The notes below the pieces were generated by a model. The model saw nothing but the letters and a program-made list of their open reading frames with translations. It did not search any database and was not told where the DNA came from. This document shows, piece after piece, positions 1 to 9,628 of a stretch of DNA of 42,000 bases. The translations under genes were made by a program, and so were the position numbers. Source of the stretch: a virus (taxonomy: Duplodnaviria; Heunggongvirae; Uroviricota; Caudoviricetes); the IMG/VR virus record IMGVR_UViG_2909262264_000004; one strand, 5' to 3'. Position 1 is the first letter of the stretch. Every line of letters starts with the position of its first letter.

Positions 1-1005
1 TTAATCCCCCGTGGACACTGCGTGGACACTCACGCCACCTTTCAGCGGATTAAGGGCCACCGCATCCTGCAGGTAATCCGGTGCAAAATGTGCATATGCC
101 ATTGTTTGCTGAATGGTTGCGTGGCCAAGAATCTTCTGAAGCGCAATAATGTTTCCTCCGTTCATCACAAAATGGCTGGCGAACGTATGCCGCAGCACAT
201 GTGCAGCCTGGCCTTTTGGCAAATCGGGCTTAACTCTTTTCAGCGCCAAGCAGAATTCCCGGTACTTCACCTCAAACAAGCCGCCTGTTTCTCTGGTTTT
301 GATCGCCTCACAAACTGCCTGCGAAATTGGCACTGTTCTCTTTCGGCCATTTTTGGTTTCAAGAAACGTTACACGGTTATGAACTATCTGTTCACCACGA
401 AGCTTACAAGCTTCACTCCAGCGCGCCCCCGTGCTTAAACACAAAAGCGCAACACGCCAGTAATCGCCCTCCAGTGTATCGAGCAATAGCGCCACTTCCT
501 TCTGGGACAGGAAAGCCATTTCTCGTGGAGATACATAAAGAATAGAAATTCCCCTTACCGGATGTTCTGCATCCCAGAGGCCTATTTTCTTCAGTACGGT
601 AAACATTCCGGATAACCGATTCATGTATCTGTTAGCAGATGACGGTTTCAATCCATCAGCTATCTTTTGAGAACGCCACGCGATAATTTTCAGCTTATCA
701 AGATCCACAGCCTGCATATCAGCGCCAAGCTCATTGATTATGTTGCGCAGTTGTTTTCGGTCTTCTTCCGCCTTACGCCTGTGTTGACCGTGATACATCC
801 ACCACAACTCAAGCAAATCATTTAGCGTTCGGCGATCACGGTAGCCCTGTATATATTCCCGCTTTTCAGCGTTCGCCATGATGTAGCGTTCAGTGGCCAC
901 CGCTACCGATTTTTTGTCAAATACCTTACGCACGCGCTTTCCCTTGCGTCCGTTCGGCCTGATGTCCAGCAAATAACGACCATCTTCGAGCTTCTTAATT
1001 GACAT
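1..1005 (-). CDS. int: Tyrosine site-specific integrase (P2 Int family)
   Basis: 339-aa ORF ending with stop at 1-3; ATG at 1005 preferred over TTG at 1020. C-terminal catalytic region with R..HxxR..Y pattern (HVLRHTFASH...MAYAHF). Position at prophage left end next to repressor. Confidence 0.9.
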   Translation of the reverse strand: MSIKKLEDGRYLLDIRPNGRKGKRVRKVFDKKSVAVATERYIMANAEKREYIQGYRDRRTLNDLLELWWMYHGQHRRKAEEDRKQLRNIINELGADMQAVDLDKLKIIAWRSQKIADGLKPSSANRYMNRLSGMFTVLKKIGLWDAEHPVRGISILYVSPREMAFLSQKEVALLLDTLEGDYWRVALLCLSTGARWSEACKLRGEQIVHNRVTFLETKNGRKRTVPISQAVCEAIKTRETGGLFEVKYREFCLALKRVKPDLPKGQAAHVLRHTFASHFVMNGGNIIALQKILGHATIQQTMAYAHFAPDYLQDAVALNPLKGGVSVHAVSTGD

Positions 1006-1101
1006 TGCGAAGCCCTCCAATGAACCGCTCTACAATTTCTCCAGCCTCTTTCCAGCAATAATCAGACCAGACAAAGAGCAGGTCTAACCAGTTTTCTGGC
1101 C

Positions 1102-1440
1102 TTAGCGGGGTGATTTTTGGTTTGTTTCGGTTGAAACCTGATCGCCCTCCGAATCGAAGAAGCCATCAAGAGAGAGAGGCGGAGCAATCTGCCCCGTCGC
1201 AGCATTAGTTTGATTAAACATCACCCAATCCGAATACTTCCGAAAACGAGGATGATTCAAAATCAGGAGTAGCGTTTCTCCAGGTATCATTCTTCCCAAT
1301 ATTTCATAATTTTTGAGATTGTTTTGAGATACCCCTGTCACCTCTTCCATCTCTCTACGTGACAATCCCTCTGCCTCTCGAATCAGGCGAAGTTTTTCTC
1401 CAAGGCTTGATTTATGGATCATATGTGATCTAAACTCCAT
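1102..1440 (-). CDS. C: Immunity repressor, P2 C-like
   Basis: 112-aa ORF (alternative ATG at 1422). Resembles P2 C as recalled (..NHPRFRKYSDWVMFNQ..TGQIAPPL..). Sits between int and a divergent cox-like gene. Confidence 0.8.
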   Translation of the reverse strand: MEFRSHMIHKSSLGEKLRLIREAEGLSRREMEEVTGVSQNNLKNYEILGRMIPGETLLLILNHPRFRKYSDWVMFNQTNAATGQIAPPLSLDGFFDSEGDQVSTETNQKSPR

Positions 1441-1537
1441 GCTATTGGGTTACATGTAATACAAAACATTCAAATAGCCAAAATAAGCCTATATAAGCCA
1501 TTTTGGGCCATTTGGACGAATTAAGGAGATTACCACA

Positions 1538-1825
1538 ATGAGCGAATCAGAGCTTGAGGGGTTCATTCAGGTAGCACCATATCCACTTGAAGCGGTGCCA
1601 TATCAACTATTTGCCAAGATGATTGGTCGCAAAGAATCAACCGTCAGAACCATGATTGACGCTGCAAAATTACCAACGATTGACTTTGTGAAACCAGGTT
1701 CAGTGAAGACGCGAGCATCAGAAAACTGGGTATATCTGCCAGCATTTAACGCAGGTATGCGCAAAGCGTTTTTTGATCAGCCGAAAGAACGCCGCGATGC
1801 ATGGTTGTTGTGGCTGGGGCTTTAA
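1538..1825 (+). CDS. cox: Cox/Apl-like excisionase and regulator
   Basis: 95 aa, divergent from the repressor, HTH-like segment (YQLFAKMIGRKESTVRTMIDAAKLP) and WVYLPAFN..WLLWLGL tail typical of P2 Cox as recalled. Confidence 0.7.
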   Translation: MSESELEGFIQVAPYPLEAVPYQLFAKMIGRKESTVRTMIDAAKLPTIDFVKPGSVKTRASENWVYLPAFNAGMRKAFFDQPKERRDAWLLWLGL

Positions 1826-1831
1826 TCATAA

Positions 1832-2038
1832 ATGACCAACAATATCACCAGCGCCATTTTGGACCTTGTATTCCTAGAAGTGGGTGTAATAGCGATTTAT
1901 CTGCTTAGCAAGCTAACAGGACAAAAAGAACGCTTTATTGTTCTCAACGTTCATTACCTCGCCGCTTATGCCAGAGGTCTTTTTCCGATCACCATTGGTG
2001 CGGTGCTCACAGCGTTTGTTATTTGGCTCATCGGGTAG
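1832..2038 (+). CDS. Small hydrophobic protein
   Basis: 68-aa ORF with two hydrophobic stretches, directly after cox. Confidence 0.3.
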   Translation: MTNNITSAILDLVFLEVGVIAIYLLSKLTGQKERFIVLNVHYLAAYARGLFPITIGAVLTAFVIWLIG

Positions 2039-2049
2039 AGGCACGAAAA

Positions 2050-2508
2050 ATGAGTAAGCAGCAGCGAAATGGCAAGCCCCACAACACGGGATTTCGTCGC
2101 AATTACTTTGAAAATGGGCGTTATGCCGGGGAAGTAAATAGGTACGGAGTTTTTGACATGAAGCAACAGTGCAATTCTTCACAGCAACGCTTCCGCAACT
2201 GGGCGGAACGCCATGCTAACCGTTTCGCTAACAGTGCATCGCGTAGCAACTCTCGCTACAGCTTGAGCGAAACACACGCCACACCTGATGGCCATCCCGT
2301 AAAACAAATTGGTGAACACACCTGGCTGATTGAGAAAGCTGGAATCGTGGTTCACAGATGCCCGCACAACCCATTTACCGGAAACCGCATTTTTGCTCTG
2401 AGCAACGGCGACAATCAGTTTGGGCAGGATTTCACATTGTACGAAGCGCTACGCACGGTTGATCGTCTGCTGCGCGGACAGAATTTCATTAAACAGGCTG
2501 ATTTATAA
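2050..2508 (+). CDS. Hypothetical early-operon protein
   Basis: ORF 2023-2508; ATG at 2050 preceded by agagg. No family recognised. Confidence 0.45.
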   Translation: MSKQQRNGKPHNTGFRRNYFENGRYAGEVNRYGVFDMKQQCNSSQQRFRNWAERHANRFANSASRSNSRYSLSETHATPDGHPVKQIGEHTWLIEKAGIVVHRCPHNPFTGNRIFALSNGDNQFGQDFTLYEALRTVDRLLRGQNFIKQADL

Positions 2509-2518
2509 CAGGTGCTTT

Positions 2519-2797
2519 ATGGCCAAAGAGCATGCACAAGGTGTATTTATCCGTTTTATTGATTTTCGCGGTGAACTGTTATTACGCGCATCAGCTATTG
2601 ATGGAGTCGTCCCATCAGAAAAAAACGCAGCTACTTACGTTTATCTGAACGGTACGCGCCTGACTGTGGAGCTTCCGTACCAGACCGTACGAGAAATCAT
2701 TAGCGAAGCTGAAAAGGCACGTCAGGTTAATGGCGATGAACCCTATATCGAAATTATTTGTATGGATTCAGAAGCTGAAATTCAGAAAGCAGATTAA
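2519..2797 (+). CDS. Hypothetical early-operon protein
   Basis: ATG at 2519 just after the previous stop; 93 aa; same strand as the early operon. Confidence 0.45.
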   Translation: MAKEHAQGVFIRFIDFRGELLLRASAIDGVVPSEKNAATYVYLNGTRLTVELPYQTVREIISEAEKARQVNGDEPYIEIICMDSEAEIQKAD

Positions 2798-2808
2798 AGG
2801 GCGTTGCG

Positions 2809-3051
2809 ATGGGCAAAGAATATAAAACTCTCATTAATAAAGCACTTGAACGATTTTATTTTCGCTTAAGTGCATCAGGCGCTCATGCTGAACGTGCAGC
2901 CCGTGACTCATTGACCAGGGCAATCCGGAGTTTGTATGACGTCGCTTTTTACGCTGATGATCTGGATGCACTTAACGAACTTTCCGAGCTGATCTGTGCC
3001 GCAGAATGCGGGGAACACATTGAACCGTATAAGCTGGGGAATATCGCATGA
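2809..3051 (+). CDS. Hypothetical early-operon protein
   Basis: 80-aa ORF, tightly packed in the early operon. Confidence 0.45.
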   Translation: MGKEYKTLINKALERFYFRLSASGAHAERAARDSLTRAIRSLYDVAFYADDLDALNELSELICAAECGEHIEPYKLGNIA

Positions 3052-3161
3052 GTATATTTATCTCATGGCTTGTTCTGATTATTTCGGTGGCCTGCGCCAT
3101 TGGGATTATGCGAATTATTCATTCAGTAAAAAAGATTGAACGCTTTTTCACTGACGAATAA
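3048..3161 (+). CDS. Small membrane peptide (37 aa)
   Basis: ATG overlapping the upstream stop (ATGA); single hydrophobic helix MSIFISWLVLIISVACAIGIM. Below the ORF-track cutoff. Confidence 0.25.
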   Translation: MSIFISWLVLIISVACAIGIMRIIHSVKKIERFFTDE

Positions 3162-3253
3162 CAGCTTAAACAAAACACCAGATTAAACCCGAAAACCTGA
3201 AAACTATCCGCATTCGCGGAGGTATTCGCACACGTAAATAACGGAGATATAAA

Positions 3254-3670
3254 ATGAACGCAAAAGAAGAAGGCATTATCGGCACATTAAAAAAAATATC
3301 AGAAGCGGAAGATGAAATGGCTAAAGATGCCGTGAAGCGTAGCCAACATATGGCAGCACTTCACGCACTGACCATTGCAAAAATCACCGCTGACGCAGCC
3401 AAAATTATTGAGGAACAGAGCAAAGAAATCGACACTCTTAAAACACAGTCAACAGTTGCAGCCATGAATCCGTCCAGCATTGGACGCTGCATTTATATTC
3501 TTGGTTCAGCAATGATGCTGCATTACACCATTATTGCCGAACTGCACGGCAAATACCTGATAACGCCTTACCACACAAAAGAGTCAGAGCTTCTGACAAA
3601 TCTCCGCCTGATAGAACGCTCTCAAGCTGTATTCATTGATGACGCGCAACGTGCCGTATTTAACGCATAG
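3254..3670 (+). CDS. Hypothetical early-operon protein
   Basis: 138-aa ORF with aggag-like RBS (cggagatataaaATG). Confidence 0.45.
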   Translation: MNAKEEGIIGTLKKISEAEDEMAKDAVKRSQHMAALHALTIAKITADAAKIIEEQSKEIDTLKTQSTVAAMNPSSIGRCIYILGSAMMLHYTIIAELHGKYLITPYHTKESELLTNLRLIERSQAVFIDDAQRAVFNA

Positions 3671-3693
3671 GGTTACTGGACAAAGGGGGCGCA

Positions 3694-3897
3694 ATGGCAA
3701 TTAAGCATTTTCCCGTCGTTCGCTTTACCTCCAGAGGGCGCGAATACGAGGTCGACGAACGCCTGATTACCACTATCGACAAACATCGTTCGGAAAAGGA
3801 TGCACACCACATCTACCTCACTGACGGCACTTACTTCTGCGCCACCAACGTGGCGCGGGTGAATCTTATCCGACAGGTACAGGAGCCACGCAGATGA
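3694..3897 (+). CDS. Hypothetical early-operon protein
   Basis: 67-aa ORF; stop overlaps the next start. Confidence 0.4.
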   Translation: MAIKHFPVVRFTSRGREYEVDERLITTIDKHRSEKDAHHIYLTDGTYFCATNVARVNLIRQVQEPRR

Positions 3898-4160
3898 CCA
3901 TTCTGGACTACATCGCTACTCATCCGGGGTGTAGCGGCGGAGAGATCGCCGCAGCACTGAACACCCCAACCACAGCTATTAATACTGAGTTACGCCGACT
4001 TTGGCGCGGCGGCTTAGTCATCAGAACAAACCGCAGCACAGGTGGTCGCGCTCGCAAAACTGGAGGCCAGGCTTCTTACCACGTAAACCCGATGCCGTTC
4101 GGGTGTAGCAATCCACTTACTCACATGTTTAACCAGCTACTGAAGGAAGCCAGAACATGA
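3894..4160 (+). CDS. Putative winged-helix DNA-binding protein
   Basis: 88 aa; GGEIAAALNTPTTAINTELRRLWRGGLV resembles a wHTH recognition helix. Confidence 0.4.
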   Translation: MTILDYIATHPGCSGGEIAAALNTPTTAINTELRRLWRGGLVIRTNRSTGGRARKTGGQASYHVNPMPFGCSNPLTHMFNQLLKEART

Positions 4161-4456
4161 GCACCACCAACCACCAGAAGCTACGCGAACTGGCATTTGC
4201 CCTGCAACGAATGACAACTCCTCAAAAATTACTGGCATTTCGCGCAATGCTCTCGCCGTCTGCTGTGCTGGCACTGCTGGATCAGCTGGAGCACGCCAAA
4301 ACCACACCTCTCGCCATTCGCCTGACGCTCCGTCATGAAATCGAGGATTTCTGCGCGACGTTGGAGGCGCCAGGCGAACCGGAAACGCCGGAAGCAATAC
4401 AGAAAGAGCTGCTGCAACGCATTGACAAGGTTTTTGATTTTTTTCTGAACCACTAA
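4157..4456 (+). CDS. Hypothetical early-operon protein
   Basis: 99-aa ORF, overlapping start/stop with the upstream gene. Confidence 0.4.
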   Translation: MSTTNHQKLRELAFALQRMTTPQKLLAFRAMLSPSAVLALLDQLEHAKTTPLAIRLTLRHEIEDFCATLEAPGEPETPEAIQKELLQRIDKVFDFFLNH

Positions 4457-4579
4457 GAAACCAGAACATGCACACACAAAAAAACCGCTTGCCATGCCGC
4501 AATCAGTCAGGTTACATTTCCGCTGCACTTCATAAAACGGGTGCCGGGTTTCGCAGCCTGCTGACTAGCAAAGCGCACA

Positions 4580-4599
4580 ACCGCGCCAGCGGTTTTTTT
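4580..4599 (+). terminator. Candidate intrinsic terminator after the early operon
   Basis: accgc-gcca-gcggt hairpin followed by a run of seven T. Confidence 0.4.
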
Positions 4600-4778
4600 G
4601 TGCGTACTGTATTGCCACGTCTTTTTCGCACACGAATTATGGCGGGGCGTACGGGGCCGACTTCGGTCGGGCCGGGTTCTTTGCTAGCCGGTACTGCGAA
4701 CCTCGTACGTCTCGCCACCCACAGTTTCGCAGCTCTGGATGGTGAATTTTCAAAACTTACTAGCAAAGAGGCCACACC

Positions 4779-5009
4779 ATGGCAAATCGCAAACAGCACC
4801 GCGCTATCGCGGAGCGTCGTCACATCCAGACTGAAATCGACCGCAGACTCACCCGCGCTGCACACATCGCCTTTATCATGCAATCCAACACATTGCACAG
4901 ACTCAACAGCACTATTTCAGCCGACTACTGCGCCGCTGTATTCAGCTATCTGGCGGAAGACCTCCTGTCTCTTCAGGATCTCATCCAGCAGCAAAACAAA
5001 CTCCATTAA
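4779..5009 (+). CDS. Hypothetical small protein
   Basis: 76-aa ORF after a structured non-coding stretch; coding status uncertain. Confidence 0.3.
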   Translation: MANRKQHRAIAERRHIQTEIDRRLTRAAHIAFIMQSNTLHRLNSTISADYCAAVFSYLAEDLLSLQDLIQQQNKLH

Positions 5010-5081
5010 TTCCTGTTCCGGGCCTTTCCTGCACCTTGCGGCGGGAGGCCTTCGCACATCTGTAACAAGAGGATTGCCGCA

Positions 5082-5447
5082 ATGATTCTCGCCAACGACT
5101 TTCTTGAATACCTGCTCAACACAGAGCGTGATCTTGCCGTTCGCGTGCGTGAACGTTATGACATGTACCTGAAATCCCTGCCTGTACCGCAGCTCGCTGA
5201 CGGAAAGATTGTTATTGATGGTCGCTACATGATTGACAGCCACGAGGGAAATTACAGGCTTTACCGCATTGAAGGTGGCACCCCGTCCGTTATTGGCATT
5301 TACCAGCGCCCATCCTCTGCGATCGTCGATGTGATTGCCGACAGCATCCGCATCACACACCACCATGCCGACACAGAAGACACTGTGCTGGAGATTCAGC
5401 GGCTGGCTGCCGTCTGCCGCGACACCCTGAATGGCATGACGAAGTAA
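5082..5447 (+). CDS. Hypothetical protein upstream of A
   Basis: 121-aa ORF ending 6 nt before A start. Confidence 0.45.
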   Translation: MILANDFLEYLLNTERDLAVRVRERYDMYLKSLPVPQLADGKIVIDGRYMIDSHEGNYRLYRIEGGTPSVIGIYQRPSSAIVDVIADSIRITHHHADTEDTVLEIQRLAAVCRDTLNGMTK

Positions 5448-5453
5448 ATCACT

Positions 5454-8276
5454 ATGACGGCAGAGTACATCAGGGACTGGCAACAACCGCGCCACGCAGT
5501 GGGGCGTGAAGGAACGGGGATCCCCGCTCCTGAATCCGCGCTTTCCTCCTGGCTGGATGCCTACCGGGCAGAGAACGAGCGCCGCCAGGAAATGGCTGAT
5601 GCGGCGTTCTCCGCCACGCCGCTGGGCAGCCTGATTAATAAAAGCCTGGATGCACAGGAAAAACAGGACAAAACCATCACACTGGCAGGAGACGCCAGAA
5701 AACAGGCACGCGGCGCGGTGGATGAAGCCATGGCCTCGCTGCGCCTGCTGCCGTCCTATCTGCGCGATCCGCTTATTCGCCACCTCTCCTTCCTGCGCAA
5801 AAAACAGGAAGCCGATCGCCGGAAAGGCAAAAAGAGCTGGCAGGCGGAACGCTACGCGTGCGGAACCCTGCGCAAAATATTCGAACGTCTGGACCGCACC
5901 GACCACCGCTGGCTGACACCGGGTTATCGCTCCCTTGCCGGACGCGAACGCCTGGATGATTTGCTTTACCTGCCGCAGCTCAACAAACACCAGATACAGA
6001 CGCTGGCCACCATGACGGCGGCGATGTTCAGCAGCACCTTCGAAAAACTCTGCGATGGCTTTGGCGCGACTGATGGCGAGCTGACCATGGATGTAACGCT
6101 GAAGGCGTATCAGATGCTGGCCCGCATGGCGTTACACCTGCACGCTATGCCTCCACATTATGACGCTCTGACAACAGACAAAGACCGGAGGAATGAACCG
6201 GACACGGAGCTGCTGCCGGGCGCAATCCTTCGCCTGACCTGTGCGGAATGGTGGAAACGCAAACTGTGGCTGGTACGTTGCGAGTGGAGAGAAGAACAAC
6301 TCCGCGCCGCCTGTCTGGTTTCCAGAAAAACATCGCCATATCTGAGCCAGGACGCGTTAAGCGAGTTTCGCGCACAGCGCGAGAAAACACGCGATTTCCT
6401 GAAAAGTTTCATGCTGGAAAACGAAGACGGGTTCACGATTGATCTCGAGACAGTGTATTACGCGGGAGTAAGTAACCCGGTTCACCGTAAGGCAGAAATG
6501 ATGGCCACCATGAAGGGACTGGAACTTCTGGCCGAAGCCCGTGGCGACAGAGCGGTGTTTCTGACTGTCACCTGCCCGTCAAAATACCACGCAACAACGG
6601 AGAACGGTCATCCGAACCCCAAATGGAACGGGGCCACCATGCGCGACTCCAGCGATTACCTGGTTAACACGTTTTTTGCGGCGGTCCGCAAAAAACTGAA
6701 CCGCGACGGCCTGCGCTGGTATGGCATCCGCACGGTGGAGCCTCACCATGACGGCACCGTGCACTGGCATATGATGGTCTTTGCTCATCCGGAAGAAATC
6801 GACAGCATCGTGACCATCACCCGCGATATTGCCATTCAGGAAGACCGCCACGAGCTGGGCAATGATATTACTCCGCGCTTTAAGGTGGAGTACGTCGACG
6901 GCTCAAAAGGCACACCAACCAGCTATATCGCGACCTACATCGGAAAAAACCTGGACAGCCGCGCCGTGGATGGCATCGACCCGAAAACGGGCAAACCACG
7001 CGTTGACCACGAAACCGGAAAATCAATGGCCGAGAGCGTGGAGCGCGCCATCGGTTGGGCACGCCTTCACCGGGTCCGCCAGTTCCAGTTCTTTGGCATC
7101 CCCTCCCGTCAGGTGTGGCGTGAACTCCGCCGCCTTGCCAGCCAGATGGCACGCAACCCGGAAGGCCCGCAACGGCTGAAGGATGACGCAATGGATGCGG
7201 TACTCGCTGCCGCTGATGCCGGATGTTTTGCCACCTACATTGAGAAACAGGGCGGCGTACTTGTTCCACGCAAAGACTACCTGATTCGCACCGCCTACGA
7301 CCTCGCAGATGAGCTGAACGATTACGGCGAACAGAGCGTACAGATTTACGGGATCTGGTCACCACTCATCGGGGAATCCTCCCGTGTGTGCACGCATCCG
7401 GATAACTGGAAGCTGGTAAGACGCAAACCGGAAGCGGAAGACAGCGCCCGCGAAAATGCTTTTGACCTTCAGGGCGGCCCTGCCGCCCCTTGGACTCGTG
7501 GCAATAACTGTCCCCGTGTACAGGAAACGGACAACAACGGGACAGAACAGCCGGAAGAACGGCCAGCACCGTGGCCGCAGCTCCCTGACGGCGTTGAAGT
7601 GAACGAATGGATGCGCTCACTGAAACGGCACGAACGCCGGGCGCTGATGCGTTCGCTTCGTGACAAACAGGCAAAAAACAGCAGCGATGAAATGCAGAGC
7701 TGGACACAGAGCCGCAAACAGCAGCGGCCTTTGCCTGATAACCACGAATTACTCGCTAAAGAATGGCGGGAGTCTGCTGAATCTCTCGGCTTGCATATCG
7801 GTGAACAACAGATGCAGCACCTGTTACGGGGCGGCAGTCTGTACGTTGACGGCAGCATCATTGCACCGCAGGGATTTGAAATTGTACGCAAACCGGATAC
7901 CCGCCCGGACAGCCGAATCACGCAGCTCTGGCAGCGCCTGAGCCGTAATCACGGCGTAAGCAGCATGGAGATCCGCCATAACCCGGTCTCCAGCTATCTG
8001 GCACAGCTCGGGGCATCAGACCCCGAAGCCGCCGCACGCCTGGCATCCACACTTCAGCAGGTCCAGAACACCATGAAAACACCCGTTACCGTGCTTTCTG
8101 ACATGCTGCGCGCCATCCGCGACGCAGAGCACGCACAGAGAATCAGTGAAACCACTGAACGCGCCCGCCGCAAAGCAGACCTGCTGCGGGGTGGCCTGAC
8201 CAGTGGAAACAAAAAACAGACAGAAACGGGATTCACAAATCCTGTAAATGAGCAAAAAACGCGCCGCGATATATGA
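5454..8276 (+). CDS. A: Replication initiation endonuclease (P2 gpA / 186 RepA family)
   Basis: 940 aa; HWHMMVF histidine motif and YVDGSKGTPTSYIATYIGKNLD tyrosine pair typical of rolling-circle initiators of P2-like phages. Confidence 0.9.
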   Translation: MTAEYIRDWQQPRHAVGREGTGIPAPESALSSWLDAYRAENERRQEMADAAFSATPLGSLINKSLDAQEKQDKTITLAGDARKQARGAVDEAMASLRLLPSYLRDPLIRHLSFLRKKQEADRRKGKKSWQAERYACGTLRKIFERLDRTDHRWLTPGYRSLAGRERLDDLLYLPQLNKHQIQTLATMTAAMFSSTFEKLCDGFGATDGELTMDVTLKAYQMLARMALHLHAMPPHYDALTTDKDRRNEPDTELLPGAILRLTCAEWWKRKLWLVRCEWREEQLRAACLVSRKTSPYLSQDALSEFRAQREKTRDFLKSFMLENEDGFTIDLETVYYAGVSNPVHRKAEMMATMKGLELLAEARGDRAVFLTVTCPSKYHATTENGHPNPKWNGATMRDSSDYLVNTFFAAVRKKLNRDGLRWYGIRTVEPHHDGTVHWHMMVFAHPEEIDSIVTITRDIAIQEDRHELGNDITPRFKVEYVDGSKGTPTSYIATYIGKNLDSRAVDGIDPKTGKPRVDHETGKSMAESVERAIGWARLHRVRQFQFFGIPSRQVWRELRRLASQMARNPEGPQRLKDDAMDAVLAAADAGCFATYIEKQGGVLVPRKDYLIRTAYDLADELNDYGEQSVQIYGIWSPLIGESSRVCTHPDNWKLVRRKPEAEDSARENAFDLQGGPAAPWTRGNNCPRVQETDNNGTEQPEERPAPWPQLPDGVEVNEWMRSLKRHERRALMRSLRDKQAKNSSDEMQSWTQSRKQQRPLPDNHELLAKEWRESAESLGLHIGEQQMQHLLRGGSLYVDGSIIAPQGFEIVRKPDTRPDSRITQLWQRLSRNHGVSSMEIRHNPVSSYLAQLGASDPEAAARLASTLQQVQNTMKTPVTVLSDMLRAIRDAEHAQRISETTERARRKADLLRGGLTSGNKKQTETGFTNPVNEQKTRRDI

Positions 8277-8352
8277 AGCGCGCATAAAACAGGCAAAAAC
8301 GGGATTTCAGAATCCCGTAAACGATTAATTAATCAACATAAGGAAAAGCGAC

Positions 8353-9312
8353 ATGAAAATTTGTATCGATGACGGCTCCACCAACATCAAGCTGGCATGG
8401 ACTGAGAACGGCGAACGCCGCAACGCCATCAGCCCAAACAGCTTCAAGTCGGAATGGTCTGCGCCGTTCGGTGGCACGCAGCCCGCGAACTACATGCTTG
8501 ATGGCGTGCGCTATGGTTTTGATCCGGTCAGCGATCGCTTTGTCCAGACGACCGACACGCAATACCAGTACAGCGATGTGAATGTCATTGCCATTCATCA
8601 CGCGCTGGTCAAATCAGGCATCACGCCACAGGAGGTGGATGTGGTTGTCACCCTGCCACTGAGCGAGTATTTCGACACAAACGCACAGCCGGACATGGCC
8701 AACATCAACCGCAAAAAAGCGAACGTCATGCGCCCGGTGGAGTACCAGAACGGCGAGGCATTCACTATCCGTAACGTGCGGGTTATGCCTGAATCTATTC
8801 CGGCTGGCTTTAAAGCACTGGCTGGCATGAGTCCGTTTGAATCCCTGCTGATTGTGGATTTGGGCGGAACCACGCTGGATGTGGCAAAGGTTCAGGGGCA
8901 ACTGGCAGGTATCAGCCAGGTGTTTTGCGATCCACACGTAGGCGTTTCTCTGATGGCCGATGCCGTGCTGTCGGTGATGGCCACCAACGGTATGCGCACC
9001 AGTCACCACATCGCCAGTACCATTATCGAACATCGCCACGATGAAGCCTGGCTGCGCCAGCACATCCACAATGACGCGCATTACGCCAGCCTGATGGCAG
9101 TTATTCGTGAAAAGGAGGAAACACTGAAACAACGCGTGATCCGCGCGCTGGCGGGTTTTTCGGGTTACGGGCGGGTGATGGTTGTCGGTGGAGGAGCGGA
9201 GATTGTGGCACCCGCTATCCGCGAAGCCTGCGGAGTTAATGCGACTTTCATCGCGGACGGGGTGCCACAGTTTGCTCTGGTTAATGGGCTGTACGCAATG
9301 AACAAGGAGTAA
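8353..9312 (+). CDS. parM: Actin-like segregation ATPase (ParM/StbA family)
   Basis: 319 aa; IDDGSTNIKL, ISPNSFK, YSDVNV, VMPESIPAG, IDLGGTTLD, VVGGGAE, LVNGLY blocks match plasmid R1 ParM as recalled. RBS aaggaaaag. Confidence 0.85.
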   Translation: MKICIDDGSTNIKLAWTENGERRNAISPNSFKSEWSAPFGGTQPANYMLDGVRYGFDPVSDRFVQTTDTQYQYSDVNVIAIHHALVKSGITPQEVDVVVTLPLSEYFDTNAQPDMANINRKKANVMRPVEYQNGEAFTIRNVRVMPESIPAGFKALAGMSPFESLLIVDLGGTTLDVAKVQGQLAGISQVFCDPHVGVSLMADAVLSVMATNGMRTSHHIASTIIEHRHDEAWLRQHIHNDAHYASLMAVIREKEETLKQRVIRALAGFSGYGRVMVVGGGAEIVAPAIREACGVNATFIADGVPQFALVNGLYAMNKE

Positions 9313-9316
9313 ACCA

Positions 9317-9628
9317 ATGACGACACCAACCAGACGGATAAGTTTCTATCTGAAGCCCGCCGCCATCAAGAACGAAGGAGAAGCATGCGCCTGGCTGGAC
9401 AGCCTTACACCAGAAGCCCGCAAAAGCGGCCAACGCGTGGCTTTTCTGGCCGGGCTGGCACTTCTGAAGACGAATCCGGCAGAGGCTTACCGACTGGCCG
9501 CATGGGCTGATGATGAGATGTTACCTGTGACACAAATCAGCTCAAAAAAGTTTGAAGCACAGTCTGCACCAGTGGCTAAAATAACCAGCCAGATGGCTGG
9601 GAATATCCGGGCGTTATTTCCTGAGTAA
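9317..9628 (+). CDS. parR: ParR/StbB-like adaptor
   Basis: 103-aa ORF 4 nt downstream of parM with aaggag RBS; size and position as for ParR. Sequence similarity itself is weak. Confidence 0.6.
   Translation: MTTPTRRISFYLKPAAIKNEGEACAWLDSLTPEARKSGQRVAFLAGLALLKTNPAEAYRLAAWADDEMLPVTQISSKKFEAQSAPVAKITSQMAGNIRALFPE

Noticed and set aside
2050-2508. Assignment as a CII-like regulator
   Set aside because: Position fits, but no helix-turn-helix or other recognisable motif could be identified by eye; left as hypothetical.
4468-5085. 205-aa plus-strand ORF
   Set aside because: Runs through two terminator-like hairpins and repeat motifs; Ser/Thr/Arg-rich low-complexity translation; more likely non-coding.
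4917-5990. 357-aa minus-strand ORF
   Set aside because: Antisense to the 121-aa ORF and to the start of gene A; no RBS context; typical spurious frame opposite a GC-rich gene.
8614-9132. 172-aa minus-strand ORF
   Set aside because: Antisense to parM, which has clear homology and an RBS.
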